64,000 nt of DNA from Octopus vulgaris. Its lineage: Eukaryota. Below are positions 28,581-40,379 of the stretch, one piece after another; the stretch's first letter is position 1, and each line of letters starts with the position of its first letter. The position numbers and the translations under genes are program-made. The stretch spans positions 21,700,001-21,764,000 of the forward strand of contig OX597832.1 in assembly GCA_951406725.2 (NCBI GenBank), in the 5' to 3' direction. The notes below the pieces were generated by a model. The model did no database searches, was not told the DNA's origin, and was given only the letters and a program-made list of their open reading frames with translations.

Positions 28581-28709
28581 CTTAATGATGACTTGTTTGG
28601 ACGATTCCGGCGTGTTGTGCTCAAAGAGGAATTCTTTGACATGATCTACAAAGCACACAGCCAACATGGCAGCAGAAATCACATAGGCTTTGAGAAGACA
28701 ATATTTCAA
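28581..28709 (+). CDS. Coding exon 2 (LNDDLFGRFRRVVLKEEFFDMIYKAHSQHGSRNHIGFEKTIFQ), first half of the integrase HHCC zinc finger
   Basis: Acceptor ttttttgcag, donor CAA|GTAGGA, phase 0/0. The H...H-x-G-x-x-K-T pattern is typical of Integrase_H2C2 and NOL4-like domains. Confidence 0.9.
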
Positions 28710-29122
28710 GTAGGATCTTCTTTATATTCCTTCTTGCAAATTTCATTCTTTGCTTTTTTGATGCCATATTTCTCTTTAAATGCCCTACTTCTGTTTAACT
28801 TTCTGTGTAACTCATTCTCTCTTCCTCCCCTTCTATCCTCCCTCTCTCTTTCTCCCTCTCTATCCCCCACTATCTCCCTCCTCTCTGGCCCTCCCACTCT
28901 CTTCCTCCCTCTCTATCCTCCCACTCTCTCCTCTATCCCTACCTTGCTATCCCCTACTCTCTCCCTCTTTTCTCTTCCTCCCACTCTCTCCCTCTTCTCT
29001 CCCCCACTCTCTCCTCTCTATCCCTCCTACTCTTTCCACCTCTCTATCCCTCCCACTCTCTTCTTCCCTTCTCTCTCTCTCTCTCTCTCTCTCATTCTCC
29101 CATTTTCTTCGTTCCTCTTTAG

Positions 29123-29752
29123 TTGAAACGCAATTATTCACACATCCCCTGCGAGGTGGTGCTGAAGTTCATGAAGATGTGTCCAGTCTGCGCCGGTTCC
29201 GTGGCCGAAGAGAACATCTCCCTCTTCTGTCTGAAATACGAAGACGACATCCCCGCCGACCCAAAGTGCCAACAGAACCCGGGAAAATACATCAAGAAAG
29301 AAAAACCGAAAAAGGTGAAGAAATCACCGACAACGATGAGGAAGGCGGCTCGAGCGAAGGCCAAAACCACCACGACGACAACAACAACAACAGTCAAAGC
29401 AAAAACAAAAACGAAGGTTACATCAGCGAAAAAGACAAAAGCGACAGCAAAAAAGACAGAGACATCAACACGAAAAGCAAAGAGGACATCAACAGCGATG
29501 ACAACCGCAACAACAAGAGAAACGACTTCAGCTCGTCAACCCAAAGCTAACACCAATATCAAAATAAGCAATAAGATTTTTGGAGAGAGACCATCACAGC
29601 AAGACCACGACTACGTCCGCACCCGACATCATTTACCAATTACATATTCATTGGCAGGACCCAAGAATAGCTCTATACCAAATTTCAGAGATTATACTAA
29701 GAACCAGCGCGTGCATGTTTTAAGGGCAAGTTACTTTATGGCTGTTGGCAGA
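29123..29752 (+). CDS. Coding exon 3 (LKRNYSHIPCEVVLKFMKMCPVC...K/T/A-rich linker...RASYFMAVGR)
   Basis: A long polypyrimidine tract and ttcctctttag acceptor, donor AGA|GTGAGT, 210 open codons. CPVC completes the HHCC finger. The exon ends in a motif equivalent to PI-x-S-x-F-x-x-RGQ, which precedes the integrase core. Confidence 0.9.
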
Positions 29753-29964
29753 GTGAGTTATTTAATTTTTTATATATTTCTTTGTTTTTGTTCAGTTCTA
29801 TATTTAAGAGATGAGGAATTATGTACATTATTTACATTCAACGGATGTTTGTCCTCATCTTGTTTGTTGTTAACAATGTTTTGGCTGATATACTCTCCAG
29901 CCTTTGTCAGGTATCTTGGGAAAATTTCAAACTGGGGTTCTCATTCCTAAGATATTTTTCAATG

Positions 29965-30005
<41 letters not shown>

Positions 30006-30006
<1 letters not shown>

Positions 30007-30165
30007 TATGTCTAACTTTCGCTTTACAAGTTGGCTCCAAGTCTCACCCAGAGACCTCAAGAGACAACAGGTTGGAAGTTCATGTTGTTGTTATGCCTAG
30101 TGTGCCATATATTGGGGCGGGGGGGTTGTACTAGTGAATGTCCAAAAAAAAAAACGAAAATTAAA

Positions 30166-30208
<43 letters not shown>

Positions 30209-30367
30209 TATGTCTAACTTTCGCTTTACAAGTTGGCTCCAAGTCTCACCCAGAGACCTCAAGAGACAACAGGTTGGAAGTTCATGTTGTTGTTATGCCT
30301 AGTGTGCCATATATTGGGGCGGGGGGTTGTACTAGTGAATGTCCAAAAAAAAAAAACGAAAATTAAA

Positions 30368-30410
<43 letters not shown>

Positions 30411-30567
30411 TATGTCTAACTTTCGCTTTACAAGTTGGCTCCAAGTCTCACCCAGAGACCTCAAGAGACAACAGGTTGGAAGTTCATGTTGTTGTTATGC
30501 CTAGTGTGCCATATATTGGGGCGGGGGTTGTACTAGTGAATGTCCAAAAAAAAAAACGAAAATTAAA

Positions 30568-30633
<66 letters not shown>
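30006..30633. repeat. Three near-identical 202-bp tandem units separated by (ATT)n
   Basis: CTATGTCTAACTTTCGCTTTACAAG starts at 30006, 30208 and 30410. Confidence 0.9.
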
Positions 30634-30634
<1 letters not shown>

Positions 30635-30859
30635 CCTGTGGGATGAAGTTACAATAATAGACAGAGAACACCACTGGAAAATACGAAAACTAAAAGAAGC
30701 AGCACATACGCTAAGCAGACTGAGTGCAGATATGAATAGCATATGGGAACCAGTATTAAGGAAGGATAGGAAAATATTAGATTTATAAGCCCTAAAAATT
30801 CGCTCCATAATTGCCCACAGGCATAACCCCAAGATTCCGAGTTCAATTCCTGGCAGTGA

Positions 30860-30897
<38 letters not shown>

Positions 30898-31000
30898 TCA
30901 TAAAATACCTTAGGAATGAGAACCCAGGTTCGAAATTTCCCCCAGATACCTGATGAAGGCTGGAGGGTGTATATCAGCCGAACCGTTTTGCTTTTGTTAT
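30634..31000 (+). mobile_element. Penelope-like element 3' fragment (GIY-YIG tail plus pLTR); an inverted pLTR copy lies at about 29850-29960
   Basis: WDEVTIIDREHHWKIRKLKEAAH...SADMNSIWEPVL*, followed by the CCTGATGAAGGCTGG...TCAGCCGAA motif. Its reverse complement is at about 29870-29955. Confidence 0.7.
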
Positions 31001-31957
31001 TCTTCATACTCTTCAATACCCTGCTATTCAAGATTTGGGAGTTTTTATAATTTTCATATGTAACTACTCCTTTTTTTCTCTCCTTGTTGTTTGATACTCA
31101 ATAATTTCACATGGAGGAGGCGTGTGTGGCTTAGTGGTTAAGCTGTTGGACTCATGGTTGTAAGATTGTGGTTTTGATTCCCGGACCGGGCAGTGTGTTG
31201 TCTTCTTCAGCAAGATACTTCACTTCATGTTGCTCCAGTCCACTCAGCTGTAGAAATGAGTTTAGCTTGGGGAGGGATGGGCTCCACCAGGCTTTCTCGC
31301 CCTATATATGCAACATAGCTGCAGTGTCCAAACGACCCCCAAGGGGTTAAGGGACTTGTTATAATAGTAATTTCAGCCTATACAATCAATATATATCATC
31401 ATCGTTGTTTAACATCCATTTTCCATGCTGGCATGGGTTGGACGATTTGACCGAGCCAGCGACTGTACCAGGCTCCAATCTAATCTGGCAATGTTTCTAC
31501 AGCTGGATGCCCTTCCTAATGCCAACCACTTTGAGAGTGTAGTGGGTGCTTTTTACATGCCACCAGCACAGGAGCCAGCCAGTCAGGCCTGGCATCAATC
31601 ACTTTCAGATAGTGCTTTTTATGTGCCACCTGCACGGGCATTGATCACATTCAGATAGTGCTTTTTACATGTCACTTGCACAGGGGCCAGAGGGAGCTAG
31701 CATCGACCACATTTGGATGGTGATTATATATAATAATAATATTGTTTAACTCTATTTGATTATTTATTTAACTATTATCATTAACCTGAAGATTGACTTT
31801 AAATTTATTTCAATTGAATTTAAACTTAATTGTAATTCGAATTTAATTGTAGCCATGAAATGCACGTAGTGTTTTTACTTATTATATTATATATTTATCA
31901 TTCACTTTATACTTTTTGAGATCTAGTTATATGTTATATTTTTTTTTTAAAATTCTA

Positions 31958-31994
<37 letters not shown>

Positions 31995-32016
31995 TGTTAT
32001 ATTTGTCATTTTCCAG

Positions 32017-32404
32017 GTAACCATCATTGATATCAAGGAGCTGCAAGCTGAAACTGTGCCATCTAACCAGTTTACACTAGTGGTACATTACGTTGACCTC
32101 TGGTCAAAGTACAGCATCTTCTGGCCATTGTGTAAGAAAGACATCAGTGAACTGGCATTGGGCATTGCCAAAAACGTATTCGCCTACTTTGGCGCTCCAA
32201 GACAGTTAATCTACAATGGCTGCACCATGCAGGCTGCCGAACAACTGGAAGAGGTGCTTCGTGTGTGGTCATCCCAAATTAATGTTACCACAAGTATCTT
32301 AGAAGATCCATTGGCGTCATCAGGACCATTACATTGGAGAATTTTTGAAGATCTGAAAACCCTTCCGCAAGACTCTTGGGAAAGTCATCTCTCAAAGTTA
32401 CAAT
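32017..32404 (+). CDS. Coding exon 4, integrase (rve)-fold core with degenerate DDE (VTIIDIKE...HYVDLWSKYSIFWPL...FAYFGAPRQLIYNG...SWESHLSKLQ)
   Basis: Acceptor ttttccag, donor T|GTAAAT (phase 1). Aligns by eye to the KRBA2/Ginger2 pattern QxDLID...HYxDHxSKFxxLxPL...FxxFGxPxILQSDNG...WxxxLxxxQ. Confidence 0.9.
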
Positions 32405-32434
32405 GTAAATTTAACAGTTTCTTATATATAACTA

Positions 32435-32727
32435 CTAGCAGTATCGCCTGGCGTTGCTCGGGTTTGTAAGGGAAATAACTATATAAGCATTTTAGAGAGT
32501 TACTTCCCTTATATAAAACCGAGCGAAAATGGATTAAAAATGGGGTAAAATGATGGTAAATTTTTTTTTAAATCATAGACGCGCACTAATACCCAGAAGG
32601 GCTCGATATGAATCACGACTATAAGATACCCGCTTTTGGTTAAACTGCACCGCAAAATGTGGGAGTGGTTAGGAATCTAAATTGGAGTAGACAGACTCTC
32701 ACACAACTTCACTTTTATATATAAAGA
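32435..32727 (-). mobile_element. Helitron-like element, copy 2 (intron 4)
   Basis: Same termini and interior as 9066-9461, but shorter. Confidence 0.7.
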
Positions 32728-33861
32728 TATAGTTAGAAACCAATATGCATGTTTGTGCTTATATGTATGTATGAATATATATCATCATCATCATTGGCAG
32801 TGTTTCTACAGCTGGATGCCCTTCCTAACGCCAACCACTCCGAGAGTGTAGTGGGTGCTTTTTACATGCCACTGACACAGAGGCTAGAGGGAGCTGGCAT
32901 CGACCACATTCGGATGGTGCTTTTATGTGCCACCAGCACGGGAGCCAAACTATATAGGCGTTAGGAAGGGCATCCAGCTGTAGAAACTCTACCAGATCAA
33001 GACTGGGGCCTGGTGCAGCCATCTGGTTGCCAGCCCTCAGTCAAAACCGTCCAACCCATGCTAGCATGGAAAACGGACGTTAAAGGATGATGATGATGAT
33101 GATGATGTACATTGCGAAGGTGCATAGTCCAGTGGTTAGGGCATCGGGCTCACAATCATGAGATAGTGAGTTCCATTCCCAGACCGGGTTGTATGTTTTG
33201 TTCTTGAGCAAGATACTTTATTTCATGTTGTTCCAGTTCACTCAGCTGTTGGAATGAGTTACGACATCACTGGTGCCAAGCTGTATCAGCCTTTGCCTTT
33301 CCTTTGGATAACATCGGTGGCACAGAGAGGGAATTCTAATATGAATCAGTGACTGCTGGTCTTCCATAAGAACAACCTTGCCAAGACTTGTGCCTAGGAG
33401 GGAAACTTTCTAGGTGCAATCCCACGGTCATTCATGACTGAAGGGGTTTTTATTTGTATATTAATGACATGTAGGGAACACCATATTTTGTTCTGTTCTC
33501 ATAATATACTATAAGGTATATTATAAAAATGTTTAATAAACATTGTAGCATATTATGTTTGCAGAACAAAATATGGTGTCCCCTACACGTCATATTTTCG
33601 TAGTAAAAATTTTTGCCAACATAGCATGGTAGTCCTGGTTTAGGACGAATGTTGCTGTAATTTAGCCCCAGGAGACATCATCTCCAGCTGGCTATACGAC
33701 ATGATCTGTGCCCTTATTTTTTCGAACAAGGGAATCGAGCACCCCCACTCAGGACTGCCATGTTATGTGGTGGCAAAAATCTTTGCTCCAAAGTACTGTT
33801 GCTGAATATCTCTCGTGAGATTTAAAAATAGTAATCTATTAATATTTTCGTTCAAGCTTCA

Positions 33862-34352
33862 AGTATAGTGGGAGGGACCTTTGTTGGATGAAATAAGTAA
33901 GAGTAGTGTAGTAGGAAGGGCCATTTGTTGGCTGAAATAAATAAGTAGTAGAATGGTGGGAGGGTCCTTAAGTAGCAGTAGGAGTATAGTGGGAGGAGCC
34001 TTTGTTGGATGAAATAAGTAACAGTATTGTTGTGGGAGGGTTCTTAAGTAGCAGTAATTGTATCGTGGGAGGGGCCTTTGATGGCTGAAATAGATTAGTA
34101 ACAGAATAGTGGAAGGGTCCTTAAGTAGCAGTAGGCGTATAGTGGGAGGAGCCTTTGTTGGATGAAATGAGTAACAGTAGTGTACTGGGAGGGTTCTTAA
34201 GTAGCAGTAATTGTATAGTGGGAGGGGCCTTTGATGGCTGAAATAAGTATAGTAGGAAGGGCTATTTGTTGGCTGAAATAAATAAGTAGTAGAATGGTGG
34301 GAGGGTCCTTAAGTAGCAGTAGGAGTATTGTGGGAGGGTCTTTTGTTGGCTC
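33862..34352. repeat. Purine-rich minisatellite (AGTATAGTGGGAGGGGCCTTTG / TCCTTAAGTAGCAGTA units)
   Basis: Alternating ~30-40-bp units are visible by eye in intron 4. Confidence 0.8.
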
Positions 34353-34458
34353 ACATTTTAGGTAAAGGGCAGTTCATAGTTGACTACAGACCTTACACTT
34401 GGCTGCAAGGCCTTCATCTGATGCCCTAAATCATTCCATATTTCACTTGTCTTTTCAG

Positions 34459-34572
34459 ACTTAGCCAATACAAAGTTTGTGAAAACCCATGGTCGTGTCA
34501 CACCATACGAGGCTGTATTCGGTCACATGCCCTTAACAGAAACGTTTGTTAGTCAATCTGATACCCAGAGCA
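34459..34572 (+). CDS. Coding exon 5 (YLANTKFVKTHGRVTPYEAVFGHMPLTETFVSQSDTQS), end of the integrase core
   Basis: Acceptor cttttcag, donor A|GTAAGT, phase 1/1. N...H...TPYEAVFG is the conserved integrase C-terminal motif. The exon is absent from the ORF track because it is short. Confidence 0.9.
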
Positions 34573-34714
34573 GTAAGTACCCAGTTATTTTTACAGCCCT
34601 TCATTAATCTTATGTTGTTCTTTCTCTATCTTCATCTTCTTCCTCTTCCTTCCATTACCCTCTTCTCCTCCTTTTATCTTCATCAACCCTTTTTTTTTTG
34701 TCAAGACCCGGCAG

Positions 34715-35562
34715 GACAAGTGAGACCATAACCCATGGCCTCTACCTTATGCATACCTTTCCTGCTTGGGACACAAAACGCTACTTGTGAAGACCTGTTG
34801 AGGCAAGTGAGAATCAGAATCAAAATCGAAATCAATCAACATCAATGGAAATTGTAGCTGTGATACCAGTGCCGGTGGCACGTAAGCGAACCATCCGAAC
34901 GTGGCCGTTGCCAGTGCCGCCCCGACGGGCCTCCGTGCTGGTGGCACGTAAAGAGCACCATCCAATCATGGCCATTGCCAGCCTCGCCTGGCTCCCGTGC
35001 TAGTGGCACATAAAAAGCACCATCCGACCGTGGCCATTTGCCAGCTCCGTCTGGCAACTGTGCCGGTGGCATGTAAAAAGCACCATCCGATCGTGGCCGT
35101 TGCCAGCTTCGCCTGGCTCCCATGCTGGTGGCACATAAAAAGCACCATCCAACCGTGGCCGTTTGCCAGCCCCGTCTGGCAACTGTGCCGGTGGCACGTA
35201 AAAAGCACCATCCAATCGTGGCCGTTGCCAGCTTCGCCTGGCTCCTGTGCTGGTGGCACATAAAAAGCACCATCCGATCGTGGCCGTTGCCAGCCTTGCC
35301 TGGCTCCCGTGCTGGTGGCACATAAAAAAGCACCATCCGACCGTGGCCGTTTGCCAGCCCTGTCTGGCAGCTGTGCCGGTGGCACGTAAAAAGCACCCAC
35401 TACACTCACGGAGTGGTTGGTGTTAGGAAGGGCATCCAGCTGTAGAAACACTGCCAGATCAGACTGGGCCTGGTGCATCCTTCTGGCTTCCCAGACCCCA
35501 GTTGAACCGTCCAACCCATGCTAGCATGGAAAGCGGATGCTAAACGACGATGATGATGATGA
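34715..35562 (+). mobile_element. V-domain-like SINE or repeat with internal ~60-bp minisatellite and (GAT)n tail (other copies at about 31396, 32796-33105, 40510-41035, 46135, 46640, 47921, 55130)
   Basis: The GGCACGTAAAAAGCACCATCC unit is repeated about 9 times, followed by TTAGGAAGGGCATCCAGCTGTAGAAAC and a TAAACGACGATGATGATG tail. Confidence 0.7.
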
Positions 35563-37544
35563 TTCCCATTTCTTATCACGATTGTCTTCCTTCCCTTGCG
35601 GTTAAGAATTTCTCTTCCTAACTGCATGGTTTTGGGCCTAGTGCTACCACCACCTTTTCATCATCACCTCTTCCAATGCCTCCTCCCCTCTTAAAAGTTT
35701 TTGTCTTGCAAGTACTTGGTAACCCTGTCAGTGCAGATGCCACTTAAAAGCACCCAGTCCACACTGTAAAGTGGTTGGTGTTCGGAAGGACATCCAGCTG
35801 TAAAAACCTTGCCAAAACTGACCTCACCTGTGCTTGTGCCACATAACTATGATGATAACGGTACATACATATGTGTGTGTGTGCTTTTTTATTTCTTTTA
35901 TTACGTTTTTCAGTTATTTGACTGTAGCCATGCTGTAGTGCCACCTTTAGTCAAACAATAATCGACCCCTGGACTTATTCTTTGTAAGCCTAGTACTTAT
36001 TCTATCGGTCTCCTTTTGCCGAACCGCTAAGTTACGGGGATGTAAACACACCAACATCAGTTGTCAAGCAATGGTAAGGGGGGGGGGGGAGACAAACACA
36101 GACACACAAATACATATATATACACACACACACGCGCGCATATATATTTATATACACATTTAGGCAAGGAAAAATTAAAAAGGCAGAATGCTAAATTGAA
36201 GGAAAATCTTAATGAAAATGGGTGTATGGAAAATTTTGAAAAATTAATAAAATATATATATATTAATTCAAACCGGTTTCCGCCACAATGTGACTTTTCA
36301 AGAAATACATACATATACATGTAGTATCTATCTACCAAATCCACTCATAAGGCCTTGGTCAGCCTGAGGCTATAATAGATGACACTTGCCCAAGGTGCCA
36401 CGCAGTGGGACTGAACTCGCAACCATGTGGTTGGGAAGCAAACTTCTTACTACACGGCCACACCTACGCATATATACAATATGTTTTAGGTGCATAATGA
36501 AATAAATGATTAAATGTTTTAACAATCACCATTTTGGGGAGATTTTTGTTTTTTCCATCATCCACATCATTTCAAGTTCCCTGTCTCCATGACTGTGTGG
36601 GAGTCAGAGGTAATTTGATGAGGCAGATTTTTATTTTTCTGTGGCCGGATGCCCTTCCTGTCGCTGACCCTCCTTTGTTTTCAGCCGAGGTAATATTTCC
36701 AGGCGTGTTTTTGCTGAAGATTGGAAATGAATGACACCGCTTGTAAGACAGTGAGTCTCATTTACGACTATCACAAGATGTCAAGAAAAGAGACCCTATG
36801 CATACACACACACACATAATATACAGCTGGCATTCAGTTTTCATCTACTAATACATTCCCAGGACATTGGTCAAACCTGGTCTACCGAGGAAGACACTTT
36901 TCTAATGTGCCAAACAGTGGAACTTAACCCCAAAACCACATATTTACAAGGCAAACTTCTTAACTGCTCAGCCATTGCTGTACCTAATTATAAAATAAAC
37001 ATCTCAAAAGAAAAATGTTACTTCACCCACCGGCCATGAAAAAAAAATAATGTCCTACAGTCAACTTTGCAGTTAATAATATTTATATTAATCCGGCAGC
37101 AAGCTGGCAGAAACGTTAGCACGCCAGGCGAAATGCTTATTGGTATTTCGTCTGTCTTTATGTTCTGAGTTCAAATTCCACCATGGTCGACTTTGCCTTT
37201 CATCCTTTCGGGGTCGATAAATTAAGTACTAGTTATGCACTGGGGTCAATGTAATAGACTTAATCCCTTTGTCTGTCCTTGTTTGTCCTCTCTATGTTTT
37301 AGCCCCTTGTGGGTAGTATAGAAAAAAAAATTTTTATTTATCCATTGTAAGCTTGCCTTTCATCCTTCTGGGGTTGATTAAATAAGTACCAGTCACGCAC
37401 TGGAGTCAATGTAATCGACTTAATCCCTTTGTCTGTGCTTGTTTGTCCCCTCTATGTGGGCCATAAAGAAATAAATATTTATCCGTCGCCTTGGCATCTG
37501 TGTAGTTACTAAATTTTATCTTCTTGCTGATTTCTCTCCTCCAG

Positions 37545-37835
37545 AGACCCCTGCCAATGGGAACATGACCAATGTCAGGAAAAAGCAACGAAGTTCTTCT
37601 GGGAGCAAAGGATCGAAGGCCTCCACTGCCGGTGACTCGGTTCCTGCTAACGCCAGCAGCAACACTCCCAACGATGCCAGTTCGGGGGTGGTGTACGAAG
37701 CCCAGCTAGGCCCCCTCTCGTCGCCGCCTTATCCTGTTGCCTGCACCATCAACATTGCCAACAGAAGTCCAAGGTCTCTCCTGCCCAGTACCCTGACCGT
37801 GCTGCAGCAGACAACAGCACCGACACCCATGTCTG
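37545..37835 (+). CDS. Coding exon 6, S/T/P-rich low-complexity region
   Basis: Acceptor tttctctcctccag, phase 1 compatible. Open GC-richer reading ([20 protein letters not shown]...). The best phase-1 donor is TCT G|GTAATG; this donor is less certain. Confidence 0.72.
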
Positions 37836-37939
37836 GTAATGCAAATCAGTTGATAAACGCTTCTACTACCATTGCTGTTGATGTTGTTAGTGTTTTGTGT
37901 GTGTGTGTGGATAGGTGAGGGTGTGTAGACAGACATGTG

Positions 37940-38040
37940 GTTGGTAGGTAGATTAGTAGGTGGGTAGGTAGTTGGGTAGGTAGGTAGATAGATAGATAAA
38001 TAGGTAGGTAGGTAGATAGATAAATAGGTAGGTAGGTAGG

Positions 38041-38103
<63 letters not shown>

Positions 38104-38160
38104 GTAGATAGATAGATAGATAGGTAGATAGATAGGTAGATAGATAGGTAGATTGGTAGG

Positions 38161-38195
<35 letters not shown>

Positions 38196-38236
38196 ATAGG
38201 TAGGTAGGTAGATAGATAAATAGGTAGGTAAGTAGG

Positions 38237-38287
<51 letters not shown>

Positions 38288-38352
38288 GTAGATAGATAGG
38301 TAGATAGATAGATAGGTAGATAGATAGGTAGATAGATAGGTAGATTGGTAGG

Positions 38353-38383
<31 letters not shown>

Positions 38384-38670
38384 GTACATAGATAGGTAGG
38401 TAGATAGATAGATAACACAGACAGACAAATGATAGATAGATAGACAGACAGGTAGACAACATAAGTAAGACAGACAGACAGATAGATGACATAAAATAGA
38501 TAGATAGACAGACAGACAGATAGGTAGGTGCATAGACAGACAGAAAGATAGAATGATAGACAGACAGACAGATAGATAGACAAATAGACAACACAGGTAA
38601 GACAGACAGGTAGATAAAGAGATAGATAGATACACAGATAGATAGATAGATAGATAGACAAATAGATAGG
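37940..38670. repeat. Large compound (GATA/GGTA/GACA)n microsatellite, representative of many (TA)n, (TG)n, (GATA)n, (ATT)n, (CAT)n and (GAA)n tracts
   Basis: Directly visible. It explains the YLSI/CVCV/IYIY/poly-I ORFs. Confidence 0.95.
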
Positions 38671-40073
38671 TAGGTGCAGGTATGGCTTTGCATTTAAAAA
38701 GCTTGCTCCCCAACCATGCGGTTTCAGGTTGAGTTCCACTGGATGGTAGCTTAAACTAATGTCTTCTATTAAAGCCCTAGGCCAACCCAATCTTGATGAA
38801 TGGATTTGGTGGACAGAAACTGAAGGAAGCCTGATGTGTGTGTGTGTGTGTCCTCGTTTTGACCTCACGTGTTAATTCTAAATGACTGTCACTGCAACAC
38901 AAGCTGTGTCATTCGTGTCCAGCATTCTACAGAAATATGCTTGACCATGGGACGACGTTGCCTTGCTTGGAAGCAGGTGAGGGTTGGTGACAGGAAGAGC
39001 GTCCAGCCATGGTGGAAAAAAAAAAAATCTTCCTCCTCAACGAATACTGTCCAACCTACAAAAGCTCGGGAAAGTGGACAACGACAATGCAGTGTTGTGA
39101 TGGATTACCTTGGGGAGGGGAAAAAACGTTATTGATAATGTTTGCATGAAATTTAAGTGTTCTCACATTACAACATCGTCATCATCATCATCATCACTAC
39201 AATCATCACCACCATTATCATCATCATCACCATCATCAACATCATCATCACCATCATCAACATCATCATCACCATCATCATCATAACCACAATCATCACC
39301 ACCATCATCACTACAATCATCACCACCATTATCATCATCATCACCATCATCAACATCAACATTATCATCATCACCATCATCATCATAACCACAATCATCA
39401 CCACCATCATCGTTATCATCAACATCACCACCATCATCGTCATCATCATCATAACCACAATCATCACCACCATCATCGTCATCATCAACATCACCATCAT
39501 CATCATCCCCATCAACATCATCATCATCAACATCATCATCACCATTATCATCACCACCACCATCATCACCATCATCATCATCATCACCATTATCATCATC
39601 AACATCATCATTGGACAAGTGTCTTCTACTATAGCCTCAGGCCAACCAAAGCTTTGTGAGTGGATTTGGTAGACAGAAACTGAAAGAAGCCCATCATATA
39701 TATGTGTATATATATATATATATATTATATATATGTGTGTGTGTCTGTGTTTGTCCCACCAACATCGCTTAACAACCAATGGTGGTGTGTTTACATCCCT
39801 GTAACTTAGCGGTTCGGCAAAGAGACCGATAGAATAAGTACTAGGCTTACAAAGAATAAGTCCTGGGGTCGATTTGCTTGACTAAAGGTGTTGCTCCAGC
39901 ATGGCTGCAGTCAAATCACTGAAACAAGTAAAAGAGTCTGTTAATTTTCCTTTTCCTTTTTCTTTTTCCCTTCCTCTCCTTTCCTCACACCTTTACTCCT
40001 ATTCATTACTCCTTCCTCTCTCCAAACACCTGTGTTTTTCCAACACGTTTTCTTTTTTGTTTTCTTTTTGCAG

Positions 40074-40379
40074 ATTCGCTGACGTATGTCGTGTCCAAAA
40101 CGGAACCGACCAGCGATTCCGATACGCTGCTGATGGAGGTGGACAACAACACTGTCATGACAACTGCTGCGACATCACCAATGATGACGGCCTGCTCCTC
40201 TGACTCCCTCTCCGTTGCCGCCAACACCACCGTCACGGATTCTGCGACCACTTCTATAGGTGACATTCAAGTCAAGATGGAAACCGTTGATGATACGAGC
40301 AATGAACTAGCTGAGATCAAAACAAGCGATGCCATACACAACCAGGCTACAATATCTGCCATTGAAACAGTTGATGCAG
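40074..40379 (+). CDS. Coding exon 7, T/S/D-rich region (DSLTYVVSKTEPTSDSD...IQVKMET...ETVDA)
   Basis: Strong acceptor ttttctttttgcag, donor G|GTAAAT, phase 1/1, open frame. Contains a VKME SUMO-consensus-like site. Confidence 0.75.

Noticed and set aside
28780-29550. Alternative-frame 256-aa ORF overlapping exon 3
   Set aside because: It is a by-product of the pyrimidine intron and A-rich exon. The splice phase and the CxxC motif support the 29123 frame.
30945-30990. Functional hammerhead at CTGATGA...GAAC
   Set aside because: The GAAA box is mutated to GAAC and the inverted copy is also damaged, so it is a likely inactive relic.
34842-35514. Long repetitive ORFs (184 and 182 aa) and CRISPR-like spacing
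   Set aside because: This is the internal minisatellite of a SINE-like repeat. The spacers are homologous to each other, there are no cas genes and the context is eukaryotic.
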